The notes: a model not told the origin generated them from the letters alone. DNA of 56,758 nucleotides from Seison nebaliae (GCA_023231475.1 JALJEE010003153.1:1-56758); one strand, 5' to 3'. Positions 42,907 to 55,500 are shown, counted from the stretch's first letter. Numbers and translations: made by a program.

Positions 42907-44217
42907 ATGATTTATTTATCTGATTTAAATTTATCACAATTCAATTTGACGATGGAGATATTACGTGAAAACTTACAAACGGAGCCCAATTGTTTTCCCG
43001 CGTGGATTTTTTTACAACCAATTTTCCTTAACGCCACAACGGTCCAAAATATTTCTTTGAACAATGGCAGTACTTACTCATATTATCCTTATCTCCTTCA
43101 ACAAAAACAACAAGTAGCTGAGAATGTAGAATTAGTAAATGAAGTCGAACCGAAAATCAAATATGTTTACCTAAGAGATATTTATACAAAGTTGGAGTAT
43201 TATTATCCTCCCATTCTATTGAGCATCGGTTTAACATTCAATCTACTCAGCTTTATTGTTCATCATAAGAAGTCGATGAGGAAATTACGATCTTCGACTT
43301 ATACATATCTCGGTTTATTGGCCGTCATTGACTCGCTGGCATTAATTGTGGGATTGACGGATAAAATACTGAAAATGCATTTTCCTTTATATCATCTCTC
43401 CGAAAAATATTTATGGGCTTGTCGATTGAGAAAGTATTTAGGAGTTGCAACACAATATATCGCCATATGGACTCTGGTTGCGGTGAGTTTGGATCGGGTA
43501 TTCATGGTCATATGTATTACAAAATCTCGAGAGTTATGTACTACAAAACGTGCAAGAATGGTCTTCTCGATTCTAGTGTTCGTGTTCTTACTTATACCTT
43601 GCCACTTTCTCATCTATTATGGATGTGTGGAGAAACCGGAACGTTGCAGCGAACAAACCGAAGACCAATTCATTGCTTGTGATATTCCCTGTCATATCTC
43701 AAAGGAGCATCCTTATAATCGCTTTATTTACGAAATTTGGAATTGGATTGACGGCACATTATACAGTTATTTACCTTTTTTCATCATGTTAACATGTTCG
43801 ATATTGATTGTGAAGCGAGTTCTAATCAACGGTAGAAAAGAAGGAAACAAAAAGAATAAATATATTCAATCCACCGTCAATCGACGTGATCAACAAAAAC
43901 GACAAATGTCGATAATGTTATTTTCGATGAATGTCTTTATCCTTCTATGTGCTACTCCACGCTTCTTTCTTCAACTCATCTATGATCAATTGAAGACATC
44001 TCATGGTTATATTTTTATAATTTTTTATTTGAAAGTTGCCGAGTTCTTCATGTTTCTTATTCATACTTTCAACTTCCTTTTCTACTGCTTAACTAATCCT
44101 CGCTTTCGAAATGAATTGGTTGACACTTTTTGTCAATGTTCATCTTGTTGTGCACAATTTCACTCCAAACCAAAAAAATCTTTGACTAACACCCAAACCA
44201 CAAAGGTTCTTGATTAA
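42907..44217 (+). CDS. Intronless class A peptide-receptor-type GPCR, 436 aa, tandem paralog of the upstream receptor
   Basis: SSTYTYLGLLAVID, VAVSLDRV, WIDGTLYSYLPF, LLCATPRFFLQ and HTFNFLFYCLTNPRFRNEL are shared with the upstream gene. Confidence 0.92.
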   Translation: MIYLSDLNLSQFNLTMEILRENLQTEPNCFPAWIFLQPIFLNATTVQNISLNNGSTYSYYPYLLQQKQQVAENVELVNEVEPKIKYVYLRDIYTKLEYYYPPILLSIGLTFNLLSFIVHHKKSMRKLRSSTYTYLGLLAVIDSLALIVGLTDKILKMHFPLYHLSEKYLWACRLRKYLGVATQYIAIWTLVAVSLDRVFMVICITKSRELCTTKRARMVFSILVFVFLLIPCHFLIYYGCVEKPERCSEQTEDQFIACDIPCHISKEHPYNRFIYEIWNWIDGTLYSYLPFFIMLTCSILIVKRVLINGRKEGNKKNKYIQSTVNRRDQQKRQMSIMLFSMNVFILLCATPRFFLQLIYDQLKTSHGYIFIIFYLKVAEFFMFLIHTFNFLFYCLTNPRFRNELVDTFCQCSSCCAQFHSKPKKSLTNTQTTKVLD

Positions 44218-45439
44218 CATTATCATTTATAAAGATTTAAATTTTTTTTTATTATATTTTTTCTCTTTAAAATTTACTTCAATCTTTCTGCTTCTTATAA
44301 TATATCTCATTCAATCTTGCATCAATTTTAATTTACGATGGGTTGCGGGTATTTGACTGAATAAAAAGTTTTCAATGAATTTATTCTTCAACAACCGACA
44401 TTAATAATCCCACATCAACTTTTGACTGGGAGAGATCAATTTTAAAATTCTATACATGATTTTCTCTAGCTGGGAAAAAGGGATTTTAATTGAAAAAAAT
44501 TTTACTTTTAATTCTTCAGATTCAAATTATAACTCAACGAATGATGTTTGAACTCATAAATTAAAACAAGTAATTTATTTAAAGGTTCTTTTAACTAATA
44601 ACACTCAATCTTTATTCAATTTTTAAATTAATCATAATATTATCCAATGGTTTGTCGTCTAAATTTTTTTTGAGTTAATGTCAGTTAAAAAGTCGATAAA
44701 GCGGCATATTTTATGGTATTAATGATAATAGACTTTATTGAAAAGTTCATATTTTGGTAATATTCGATCGTCCTTCTATTGTCACGTATTTCTACTTCCT
44801 TAACCGTGTTAAAAACTTTAGTCTCCGAACAAAACTTTATATATTTATCATGTCAGCTTAACTAAAAATTGGAATTCGATTCAATTTTTCTTACTTCCCC
44901 GACTTCCTTCCAAGCGATAGATCGATCTTTCTCCAAGACAACCTCTTCAACCTCTCCCAAATTTCAATCGCTATCTACTGACCGTTCTCTTATCAAATTT
45001 TCTTCTTCAACTTCCGAACGTCAGATATATGATCGATCAGAACGATAATTTGCCTTTGAACTCTCTCCAAATGGGAACACTTTGTAAATTACTAAATTAT
45101 TCTGTAACATTTTTTTTTGTTCATTTTCACTCACGATTTAATCTATAGTTAATGCTATTATTATTTTATTCTTTAAACATAGTTAGAACATATTATTCTA
45201 ACAATTATTATTATTGTAAGCATAATTAGAATAGATTGATAAAAAACAATTCGACGCTCTCCTAAGCACCAATGGAAATTTTAAGAAATAACAAAATTAG
45301 ATTGGAAATTAAATGAGCAGAATTTCTCGTGATCAGGTGGAATTTTTTATATTTATAATGAAAACAATTTTAGAGAATAAGGAAGAACTGAATTGTATTG
45401 GTTTGTGACGAATTGAGAAAAGGATTTGAAACGGTGAAG

Positions 45440-45944
45440 TTAGTCCCTAATTAACGGAGTTTTATATCTATCCAACATTTGATTGACTAAATTGGCAGGA
45501 TATTTATTTGACGAGAATTGCTTCATTTGAAAATTGGGAGAATTTTTGTTAATTTTGAATTCTTGTCTTTTTTTCTAAAAGTTTCTCAATAATCACATTT
45601 GAAAAAAATGAAATTTGTTAACTTGGAAAGAATTGTAACAATTCTTGAAATGTTTTATCGCATTTTCACATTTCGTTTCATTGAATTCATTTTCTTTTAA
45701 GCATTGAAACATTTCCGTCATTGACGGAATACAATCATATTCTGATGGAAAATGTAAAAAATGAACTTGTTCTAATGAAAATTAAACTGATAGATTCACT
45801 TTTTCTGGTACGAACTCGGTCACGAAGAACTAATTGAGTTTCCGCCTTAAAATGTGGAGGTGAGATAGGTAGACGTGGTGAGTAAAGATGTCGGGCGACT
45901 TTTCGTTTAGGAAATAGAAAATAATTTCTTCCTTTTGTCGACAT
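45440..45944 (-). CDS. CHCHD1: Twin CX9C mitochondrial ribosomal protein mS37, 3 exons (only exon 1 appears in the ORF track)
   Basis: Introns 45742-45787 and 45575-45622 give ...LVLRDRV...YDCIPSMTEMFQCLKENEFNETKCENAIKHFKNC...NLVNQMLDRYKTP. The product has two CX9C motifs, an LxLxxRV motif and a C-terminal NxxLxR(F/Y) motif, as I recall for CHCHD1. Confidence 0.85.
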
Positions 45945-46085
45945 TATTTTTTTGAAGAAAAATTAAGTTGAAAGGACAAAAATTTGAATTAATTACCAGA
46001 ATAAATTTATTTTGAAAAGATGTAAAAGTTCGAAAGTAGATGAAGAATAAAAAATTATTATTAATATATCGTTGAATGAGAACGA

Positions 46086-47064
46086 TTATCGACGATTAAT
46101 TTCGCTTATAAGTTGAAGAATTTGAAGAAACAAATTAAGAATATCCAAATATAATGTGACAGTTGCTTCGATATAATCTTCTGGTGAGAATTGACGATTA
46201 ATTTGGTCAACGTCGTAAAGAATGAATCCGCTAAAACAGAGTACTCCAATCGCTGCAAGAATGATGCGATAAATTGATGAGGTGGGAAATAAGAACTGAA
46301 ATTTTTTTAGAAAAATTGATGAATTAATTGTGTAAGACTGTGTAACTTGAAATATACCGGCACCTAAAAGTGTTAGGAGTAATGTATAAGACATAAATCC
46401 GATTTTGGATAAATCCCTTTTTGTTTGACATGTGTAAAGAATTAGGGACACGACAACAACTACCGTGATGGATAATGCCAGAATAATATCGTACGCATTT
46501 TGAAAAGATACGAAGAATCCAACGGAAATGGCGTTTAAAATGGTCTGTGGGGATGGAAGAATAAGTTGTGGATGTTCCAAATAGAATTCTAGTACTAACA
46601 AATAATGTGAGGAGATAAAAGTTCTTGGGGAAATTCCGACTATTAAGCAGGAGAAAAAATAGTGTAATGAAGTTAGATATAATGGAGATCCACAACGCCC
46701 AAGTGCTACGATGGAGAAATGTTTAGAAAATTTGGAATTATATTAGAGAAGGAAAACTTCTCAAGTAGAAATTGTTGAATGATTGGGGTGAGAAGAAAAG
46801 CTATTGAAATTAGGGTGGTTAGAAGTAATTGTACACCAAGAATAGAAAACACTTTCCTTAAGAATCCTGTTGGGAATAAATTTGAGAGATGGATGAATGA
46901 AGAAAGAGACCCATTCGTATATAGATATTGGCTTGTGCAACATTATTGTGGTACATGAAGTCGGAAATTACACCATGCATTGGTTCATCTTCTTTCTCCA
47001 ATTCTTCCATCTTTATTTCGAAAGCTTTCGTCGTTCCTATTTCCTTATCGAACTTCATTGTCAT
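46086..47064 (-). CDS. TMBIM4: Lifeguard 4 / GAAP, Bax inhibitor-1 family, 5 exons
   Basis: DFMYHNNVAQANIYIRMGFLRKV, FPKNFYLLTLFT, YTCQTKRD, FSGFILYD and FSPEDYIEATVTLYLDILNLFLQILQL. Four introns. Confidence 0.92.
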
Positions 47065-48086
47065 CTTCTTTCAACGTCTCAATAAATTAAGATAATATAT
47101 TAATAAGATAAAACTAATAATTACTAATATAATGTATTAGAATAAAGGAATATCGTTAAATAAGATTAAATAGTTTAGTTAAAACTAAAATTTTGAAAGA
47201 GAATTGCGCTTTATCTCTTCAGTTGAAATCGAATTATTATTCAATTGTTTCATTTATAAATGAATCTCTCTATTCTTCTTATCTCTTACGCACGACAAAC
47301 ACGGAACTTATTTCTCAATTGTCTCTTCTCTTAAAACAATTCATAAAACGGAACGTATTTCCCACTTTTTTTTCCTGTCTTCTCAAATCACATTCCTCCT
47401 ATATGAAATAATATATAAATTATGGAAGTCAAGTTGGGAGGAAGGAAGAGACAAATCATGTCATTCTGTAGTTTTTACATTAGAAGATCTCTATAAGGCA
47501 GAGGAAGTTGAAAACTATTTTTTTCTCTTTCTTCCTCCCGATTTGACATCCATGATATAAATGATATAAATATAAAGTAAATGATGATGATGATTTCATT
47601 GGAATTTAAAGGAAGGAATTCATGATTCGTTTATAATCCATTTCAATTCTCATTACAAATTAAATTTAATTAAATTTAATTAAATTTGACGATGTATTTC
47701 CAGTTTTCCGAAAATCCAATCAAATTTCCAAATGAAATTATTAAACATGAAATTTAATATCTGATTATTTAATGATGGTTGTGGGATAGATATTGCATCT
47801 CATATCTCATCTGAATATCATAAAGAAATGATTTATTCGAATGTAACATAGTAATATAATCTGATTTGGATATATAGGTAAGATGAGAATTGTTGAAGGA
47901 AGTTTATTGTCCAAGAATAGAAAAGAAATGGAGAGTTTGTCTGAAGCTGAACATTTGAAAAATGAATTTCTTTAAGAAATTCGTGGAAAAGTGGAAAAGG
48001 GATGACATTGTAAATATATGAAGGTTTGTGATTTATTTCATCTGAATAAATTTGTGAATTCAATAAGTGAAACAAGATTAAACTCG

Positions 48087-49458
48087 ATGAAACGTCCATT
48101 GAGCGAAGTTGAGAATGAGAAGGAGACATCATATCAACATACGCCAACCAATGGCAAGAATAGAACACCTCAAAAGACACCAGTTGTCGAATCGAAAAAT
48201 CTCAAAAGTTTCTTTTTGAATTGGAAAATTAAATTATTTGTTCGTTCATTGGGTAGAAGACGACGTTGTTACCTCTAATCCATTCACTAGTTTCATGGAA
48301 AGTTTCGAAAGAATGTTTCCAACAAGAAATTCTTTGTTACAAGGAAGAATTGTTATTGAAATTCTCCCTTTGTCCATCTTCTTATGATTTTCTTATAGAA
48401 TTTTTTGGAGAATGTGATGAATACGTTATTGGTGGTAAAAGAGACAGAAAAGAAATTTACAAAAAAAGGAACTCAACCAAAAAATGAAGTTCAACAATCA
48501 ACGGGTCGGGTGGAAAGTAATTCAAAAGAAAATAATAATTCTTCAGCATATCCCGATAATGATATGGAAGAACGAGTTTCTCTTTTCTTTCGTTTTTTTT
48601 CTTTTTAATTTCCTATTAAATTTGAAGGAGAGATCTGGCGGTTATTCGAGATACGCACAAGATGGTTTTGCTACTCAAACTCCGATGGAAGCGGTTCCAT
48701 TCGAATCATTCGTTAATGGAGATCCAAATATCAATGATCGACCAGTCAACAAAATGTCATCTCCTACCTCTAATGTCACTCATTCTAGATCGACACATCA
48801 ACGAAGAGTTTTCTCTCATTCCTTCAAACGACTTTTTTATCAATCTCATCATTTTTAGTCGAATCAACATCCATCTAATTCAACAAGACTGAAAAATGGA
48901 ATTCCTATTATCATAGTACCAAATGTGCCAACAGCTATCGTTAAACTTGGGAACGTTCGAGAATTCCTTCAAGATCTTCAATATTTCACACCAGAAGAAG
49001 CAAGAGAACGTCGAAAGGCGAAAGGAATAAAAGAACGTTCTCTCACTGAAGTGCTCATTGAAAGAAAACTTCCCTCCAATCATGTACTTCGATATCGAGT
49101 AATTGATAATCCATTAAACTTATCAAGTTACGAATGGAAATTAGTCGTTGCCGTTTTCGTCATTGGAAAAGATTATCAATTTAAACAATGGCCATTTAAA
49201 TTGGAACCGATGAAAATTTTAAAAACAAGTTTTCCAATTTTATTTATTTTCTCCTCACTCACTCTCTCATTAATCGTCTGGATATACATAGTACGCGGAA
49301 TATTTGTACAGGTTGATGGGAAACCGTCTTCAGATTTAGTGAAAAAGTGGCCGCTCACAGTAATCGAATTACACTCTCAAAAACGTCATTTGGATCGATT
49401 AACTATTATCCGAGTTTGGGAAGATATCGATCGTTTACAAAGAGAATTGAAGCATTAA
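48087..49458 (+). CDS. CDC73: Parafibromin/Cdc73 (PAF1 complex), apparently without the N-terminal domain, 6 exons
   Basis: ERMFPTRNSLLQGRINF, YSRYAQD, IPIIIVP, NVREFLQDLQY, YRVIDNP, WKLVVAVFVIG, QFKQWP and KRHLDR. Five introns. The start codon is uncertain. Confidence 0.88.
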
Positions 49459-49744
49459 TTTTATTATGTTTATTATGGTTTAATTTAATATCAAATAAAC
49501 GGGCACAATCTCTCCTATTCTCAAAAGTTAGAGATCGTTCCATCATCCAATTTTAATAAAACCAGAAATATGATTAACAAAAATTGTTGATTGTTGAGGA
49601 AATTGTAACAAAAAGTAAAAGGAAAATGGTAAAGAGAAAGAGAAAGAGAGAGAGAGGATTCTATGGAATGGAATCATAAGCGGATTGTACATGTGCTAAT
49701 TGAGAATTTATGAAAAAATTAATTTTTTTTAGCAATTTTCTTAT

Positions 49745-51084
49745 TTATTGATAGATGACAGATTGTGGTTTGTTGTAATCTTCCGTTTGTAATTGACTCA
49801 TTTTCGCTTCCATACTTGCTAATTTCGCTTTCATCGCTAATAGTTCGGCTTCCTTCTCTTTTAGTTCGCGGTCCTTTTCGCTCCTATTTCAAAGAGAAAA
49901 TTTTGAAGAATTGTTGAAGAGAAAAGAGAAACATGTCACATTTAGAAATATTCTCCAATTTTCCAGATAACTTATCACTTCGATAATTTTCATAATGAAT
50001 CTCATGAGTGACTTCTTGCAAATCTTGCATGTGAGTACTGTGGAATGGAAATGGAAATTTTGATAAAAAGGAAATTAAACATTATCATCGTTCGCAATAG
50101 TGAAAAGTCACAATGAGCAACATTGTCGATTTCGACCAATCCCCAAGGATAACGACGAGCACGAACTTTGACATTATTCACTTCAAATATTTGATTACTT
50201 CCAACAACAGCGAATGGAATGGCTGTCTGAAGTGACGCATTCTGTTTCTGCAATTCCATATCTTCTTCACTGTCACATATTGGAACAGTGTAAATTCCAA
50301 TTCCATGTGCACTGATATCATTGAGAATACTCTTTTTCAAACGATTCTTCTCATCTGATTTCAATGTATCCGATTTGGCAATAATCGGGACAATATTCAC
50401 TTTATCATGAACAGATTTGAGGAAGGCGATATCTATCGGTTTCAATCTGTTAATAATGGTATGAGAAATGAGTGGAAATGGAATGAAAACCCTCGAGATG
50501 ATGGTGAAATAAAATGAAGTAAACAATGTACACGACGATCAGTAATATTTCGTCGATGTAATCCACTTTCATCACAGAGATATTGTTGGAATTGTTCATT
50601 GATATAATCGACAATTGTGTGATAACTGAACGAAGAAAAAAAGACATTAATTAAATGAAATAATTAATAATTCATCATTTTCAACCATTTACTATTATCA
50701 ATGAAATCACCAAATCCTGGAGTATCCACAATCGTCAATCGAACTTTAACTCCACGTTCTTCAATTTCAATATTTCTTCTTTCAATACGAACCGTTTTAT
50801 CTTCATCTCTTCCCATCATCCAATCCGATGAATCGGGAACGTTTCCATTTTTCTCTGATTTTTCTTCATAAACATTCGTCAAGAATAATGATTTAAGTAA
50901 GGTCGACTTTCCTAAACCGGATTCACCTGTCAAATGAGAGAGACATATGGATTTGGGAAGGTAAATGAGTCGTCGAACCAGAAACCATCAAACAAAATTC
51001 GAATCCTTTCTTTACGAATTTTCGATGAACTTGAGTTGGGAGATTTCCAATTCCAACGAACGTATCTTCATTATTCTTATCCAT
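49745..51084 (-). CDS. Septin GTPase (SEPT2-like group), 6 coding exons
   Basis: [85 protein letters not shown] and a short C-terminal coiled coil. Confidence 0.94.
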
Positions 51085-51547
51085 AATTTCTCTTTCGTTC
51101 CACTAGACAGTATGATGGAGAAAGAGAGAAAGAGACACAATTCAATCTCAGAGACTAACGAGACAAATGATGTTTTGGGAAGATAATGAGAAGATATAAA
51201 TAAACTTTGCCAATCGGTACTTTCAATATGATGAGAAAATATTTGAAATGGGAAAAAAATAAATTTTTTCTTCTTTAAATAATTTTAAATGATTTCAAGA
51301 TTACAGCTCCTTAATCCATTAGATAATTTTTATGTTATTGAAATTAAGAGAAATTCCAGAAGAAATTTTCTTTTCGTCATTATAGTTCCATTATAAACAA
51401 CAAACAAAAAAGTGAGGAGGAGAGAAAGTGTGAGAAAGAAAAATGAAAGAAGAGAAACATATTGCTCTAGTGACGCATCTCCGTGAACGACATGAGAATA
51501 TTCTCTTCTTTTCCAATGAGTTGAAATTGAATCATTCAATTCGATCG

Positions 51548-53683
51548 ATGTCACAACGTCTACCTCGTTCCATGAGACGACGTGCCACTTCGCACACATT
51601 AAAACGATTGCCGAGTTGTTTACGAGGAAAGGCGGAAAATGAACGGAAAAAAGGAGTGATTGAAAGAAAGAAAATCAAGAAGAATAATCGTCGTTATCGT
51701 CGACGTAATTTCTTCCGATTTGATTCGTTCTATAATAAATGTTTGGAGTTATGTTCACGTAACGTGACAGCTCTACGAAAGAAAAAGAAAAATGGCGGGA
51801 AAAAGAAGATGGAAGTTGAACGGAATAAAAATACCAATTGGCTATCAACTCATGTGTGGCATGCCAAACGGTTCCACATGAGTTATGGGAAGTTTTATCG
51901 ACAACTCTTTTCTAATTATCAAATTACTATTCCATTATATTCGAACGATCGATGTCGAAGATGGAAATCTGAACCGTTCCGAATGAGAAATTTCGGTTGT
52001 TTAAATAAATATATCAATCAGAATTGTCTCTTATACGACGTGTCATATTATGCATCTTTCGATTTCTTTCCAAATGACAATTCCCTCCAACTTCAATTAG
52101 ACTTCTTCAAAACTCTTTTACAATACGTCAATGGAAATGATTTGAGAATTATTCTTCAAAATCTCTCATCTCCATATCCATCACTTCATCGTTTTATGAT
52201 TTTTCATGATAAAGAAAAAAAGAAAATTTTAGCACCGATCGATATCCAATTCCATTGGGAGATAAAAGTGTTAAGATTTGATGGGGAATTCCATTTTTCT
52301 CCATTCACCATTTGGATCCATCCGACATGTTCGAAAGAATTCACTCGATTTATTTATCGAATATTTTATGGATCTTCACCAAATAACTTCCCTTCACTAA
52401 TTCGATCGATTGATGAAATGAGAAATTATTCGAAGAAGTCAACCATCAAATGGATATTGGTTCGACAAGAAAGTAATCGTAAAAAATATTTTTGTCGATT
52501 TCTTCTAATTGGTGAGAAAGCAGTCAATCTGATGAATCAGATACATGTCAATCTCTCCACAAAATTTCAAGATGGTGCCAATTTAAATGTACTTCATATT
52601 CTCCATCCGTTGTTATTAAAAGAGTTAAAATGGACGAATGAAAGAATTATCGATTTTAATACAGACGACTCGTCTTCTCTTCCATCCGACAATGTTGAAA
52701 AGGAAAAGAAAGATGAGGAAATGGTGGAAAATGTTCAAATTCCAAGTGATGGAATACCGACAGACAGATCTTTTATTTTATGGATGCAAAAAAAGTTGAG
52801 GAGAGAATATGAGAATTATTTGGAGGATCGAATGAAGAAATCAGAAGAAAATAAATTAATTGTAACATCTCAAGACAAATTCAAATTCTTTCGTAAATTC
52901 TCCAATCAATTCAACATTCCATCTACTCCCTTATTCTACTCGATATCTGATCATCCGGAACATGGTCCTCCTTTAATCAACATTTTCATTCATTCACCAT
53001 TAGCTATCCATTTTTGGCATTGTCTCGTCAATTGGGGTTGTAGACCGATCGGCCATTTTGAATTTAGTCAATTCCTCACCATTAATTTCCGGTGGCACAT
53101 CTTCCCAATCGTCTCTTCCACTTCTTTTAAAATATTCCAACAAAAATATTATGAACTTTTACGTCGTTTCCACCAGAGCAAAGAGAGTAATGGGAAATAT
53201 TTGAGAAAGAAGTCTCTCCTATATTCCGATGAGTCACCATATAAGACGGTTCACAATTGGATTTCTACACAGTTCGAGGAAGAAGAAAAATATTTATCAC
53301 TTGATCAATCTCCAGTTTTAGATAGAATTAATGAAATGATATACTTCACTGGACAGAAAAGAATTGATGCATATTCGGCACTAAATTCTAATTTTGATTT
53401 CGATTGGAATCAGATTGTGAAAATTAAGATGGAAGGTAATCATCTGATGAAAGAAGGTTCGATTATCCTTTTCAATAACGACAATTCTCCCGGCGGTTTT
53501 ATTGAGTCCACCAATTTTTCTATTCGATTAGGTACGAAAGTTGCGATTTGTTATGTACATTTGAGATGTCTATTGAGAATTGTTGAGTTGGATAACGAAA
53601 TCTCATTTATTTCATTCGACCGTCAGATATGTAAAGGAAAATTGAATATGGTTTTCAATCGAAATGAATATATGCTATTTTAA
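51548..53683 (+). CDS. POP1: RNase P/MRP protein subunit POP1, intronless
   Basis: R-box QRLPRSMRRRATSH, W-box WLSTHVWHAKRFHM, then LYDVSYY, WIHP and HFWHCLV..GCRPIG. ATG 51548 is preferred; an in-frame upstream ATG exists at 51443. Confidence 0.88.
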   Translation: MSQRLPRSMRRRATSHTLKRLPSCLRGKAENERKKGVIERKKIKKNNRRYRRRNFFRFDSFYNKCLELCSRNVTALRKKKKNGGKKKMEVERNKNTNWLSTHVWHAKRFHMSYGKFYRQLFSNYQITIPLYSNDRCRRWKSEPFRMRNFGCLNKYINQNCLLYDVSYYASFDFFPNDNSLQLQLDFFKTLLQYVNGNDLRIILQNLSSPYPSLHRFMIFHDKEKKKILAPIDIQFHWEIKVLRFDGEFHFSPFTIWIHPTCSKEFTRFIYRIFYGSSPNNFPSLIRSIDEMRNYSKKSTIKWILVRQESNRKKYFCRFLLIGEKAVNLMNQIHVNLSTKFQDGANLNVLHILHPLLLKELKWTNERIIDFNTDDSSSLPSDNVEKEKKDEEMVENVQIPSDGIPTDRSFILWMQKKLRREYENYLEDRMKKSEENKLIVTSQDKFKFFRKFSNQFNIPSTPLFYSISDHPEHGPPLINIFIHSPLAIHFWHCLVNWGCRPIGHFEFSQFLTINFRWHIFPIVSSTSFKIFQQKYYELLRRFHQSKESNGKYLRKKSLLYSDESPYKTVHNWISTQFEEEEKYLSLDQSPVLDRINEMIYFTGQKRIDAYSALNSNFDFDWNQIVKIKMEGNHLMKEGSIILFNNDNSPGGFIESTNFSIRLGTKVAICYVHLRCLLRIVELDNEISFISFDRQICKGKLNMVFNRNEYMLF

Positions 53684-53734
53684 TCTCTCACTTCTTTTTC
53701 GTCAAATAAATTAAATTTCTTTTACTATTTCCAA

Positions 53735-54135
53735 ATGGAACCAGAACGAGAACCACAACCCTTAGAACAGGATCATGAAATGAAAAGTTTCCATGTTGTA
53801 AACTCTTCTTTAATCTTTCATCTTCCATTAACCATTTAGAACATATTACGACCAGTATTAGGAACATCCAACAACTACATATACAGCAAAATGATGGAAC
53901 GATTAATACGAATTTGGGATTTGCCTTAGCCAGTTTCTTAGCGAATCCTTTCCTTGGATTTATGGCCGTCGTCTACTCATTCCAATGTCAATTTGCGTTG
54001 CGAAGAAATCAATTTTGTGAAGCTAGACGTTACTCCTACTACTCTTTGGTAATTGCTTATTTCTCTGTTGCATTTTCTGTTTGCTTATTGTTCTTTTGTA
54101 TAATCGCCATGTTAGTTTTGATAAAATTCCAATAA
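53735..54135 (+). CDS. CD225/dispanin-family small membrane protein, 115 aa, 2 exons
   Basis: Intron 53787-53839. Core sequence NLGFALASFLANPFLGFMAVVYS...EARRYSYYSLVIA followed by a C-terminal TM helix. Confidence 0.7.
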
Positions 54136-54199
54136 ATTTCTTTCCTTTGACAATTTACCTATTAGTTAGTTAATTGCCTTTATTTATTATCATCATTCG

Positions 54200-54380
54200 A
54201 TATTGTCGTTTATAAGAAAGTTATGTGTTAACGGTCATACTGTTCTGTTTCGGTTAAAAATCTACAGTCCTCATCTTTTAAAGTCAATCGTGGAGTCCGT
54301 CAAGGCTCGATTCTTGGACCGTGGCTATTTGGTCTCGCTCTCGATTCGGCGCTCGATCTCATCAATTCTCGTTTTTCTAT
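54200..54380 (+). mobile_element. Non-LTR retrotransposon reverse-transcriptase fragment (frameshifted relic)
   Basis: An alternative frame reads SSSFKVNRGVRQGSILGPWLFGLALD (core at 54292-54330), matching the LINE RT motif GVxQGxxLxPxLF. Confidence 0.75.
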
Positions 54381-54670
54381 CATCTATCTCATCGTTTTCT
54401 CGAACTCATTTCTCCTTTCTTAATCGTGTCAAATTCTTTCCCTTAAGAAATGACAAGATTAACATTATAACTACCCTTAAGATACTTCTTTCTTGTAGGA
54501 TATATCCCAGGGGGACCTTATCCGGATTTATCGAAAATATATCTTATTTTAGAAGGGGATTTAGATTAGGGGGTTTTAGAAAAAATAATATCTTGATATA
54601 TAAAGATTTTATTTTAGATATATCTAGATAAAACTTAAGATAAAGTTGTATAATCGACTTTAAAAACTTA

Positions 54671-55500
54671 CAAGGGAACTGTTTGGATTTACAATTTATT
54701 TTTCATTAAAAATTTGCATAGGAATAGAAGGAGTCATGATCAGTTTTCGTACTTGGATCGAGTGCGGGAATAAAACATAATTTTATCCATTCTTCCAAAT
54801 GATAATTCGACATCCTTCCGCTTTTGGAAGAAGAAATAATAACATTGTTCGGAATAAACAATCGATCGTGAACCCTTGGTGGTATTCTGCCACTGACTTC
54901 TTTCAGAACGATGTAGAGTTTTCCAATGAACTCTCCGGAACATGCCAACATTGGCATTATAGTATAACTGTGGGTTATATTATTCTTATTTGCAATAAGA
55001 CCATAACTGATTTTTCCCCTCTATTTGTTAGAGTTGTGCCATCCGTCATCTCCAACAGGAAGCCACTTTGGTCCCTGGTTATGACCGAAGAATATGAAAT
55101 GTTTTCCTTTTTAATTTCGTCCGATATTTTTTTCGCAAAATCATTCGCCGATTTCTCAATTTGAACCGTTTCTTCCAGGTCTTTCGATGTGACGAATTTG
55201 TTAATTTTGCGAGAAACAATTTCATGTTTTTTTTAGATTATTGATCCAGGTATCGCTCGCTTCATAGTTTTTAATTGGTTCTTCCATATTATCATTTATA
55301 TCATGACCTATACGGATCAGATCGTCGGTGTGAATGATGACCTTCTTCATTCTTAATTGAATGTATTTCTCGTGTAGAATATTATCTAATTTCGCGAATT
55401 TCAACTTCCGTGAACGATGTTGAGTGACAGTTTTTTCGATATTACGAAGATGATTTTCTAATGCTGCTTTTCTAATGCTAAATTTTGAAATTGAAAAAAA
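54671..55500 (-). mobile_element. Degenerate pogo-superfamily (Tc4/Tc5-like) DNA transposon
   Basis: CENP-B-type HTH (YEASDTWINNLKK), then across a frameshift IVSRKINKFVT, DQSGFLLEM, TLTNRGEK, MPMLACSG, LYIVLKE and SSSKSGRM. The frame is broken and the DDE domain truncated. A TIR-like end tta|CAAGGGAAC starts at 54671. Confidence 0.8.

Noticed and set aside
54203..54631. 142-aa plus-strand ORF
   Set aside because: It is mostly an off-frame reading of the LINE RT relic and adjacent repeat-derived DNA.
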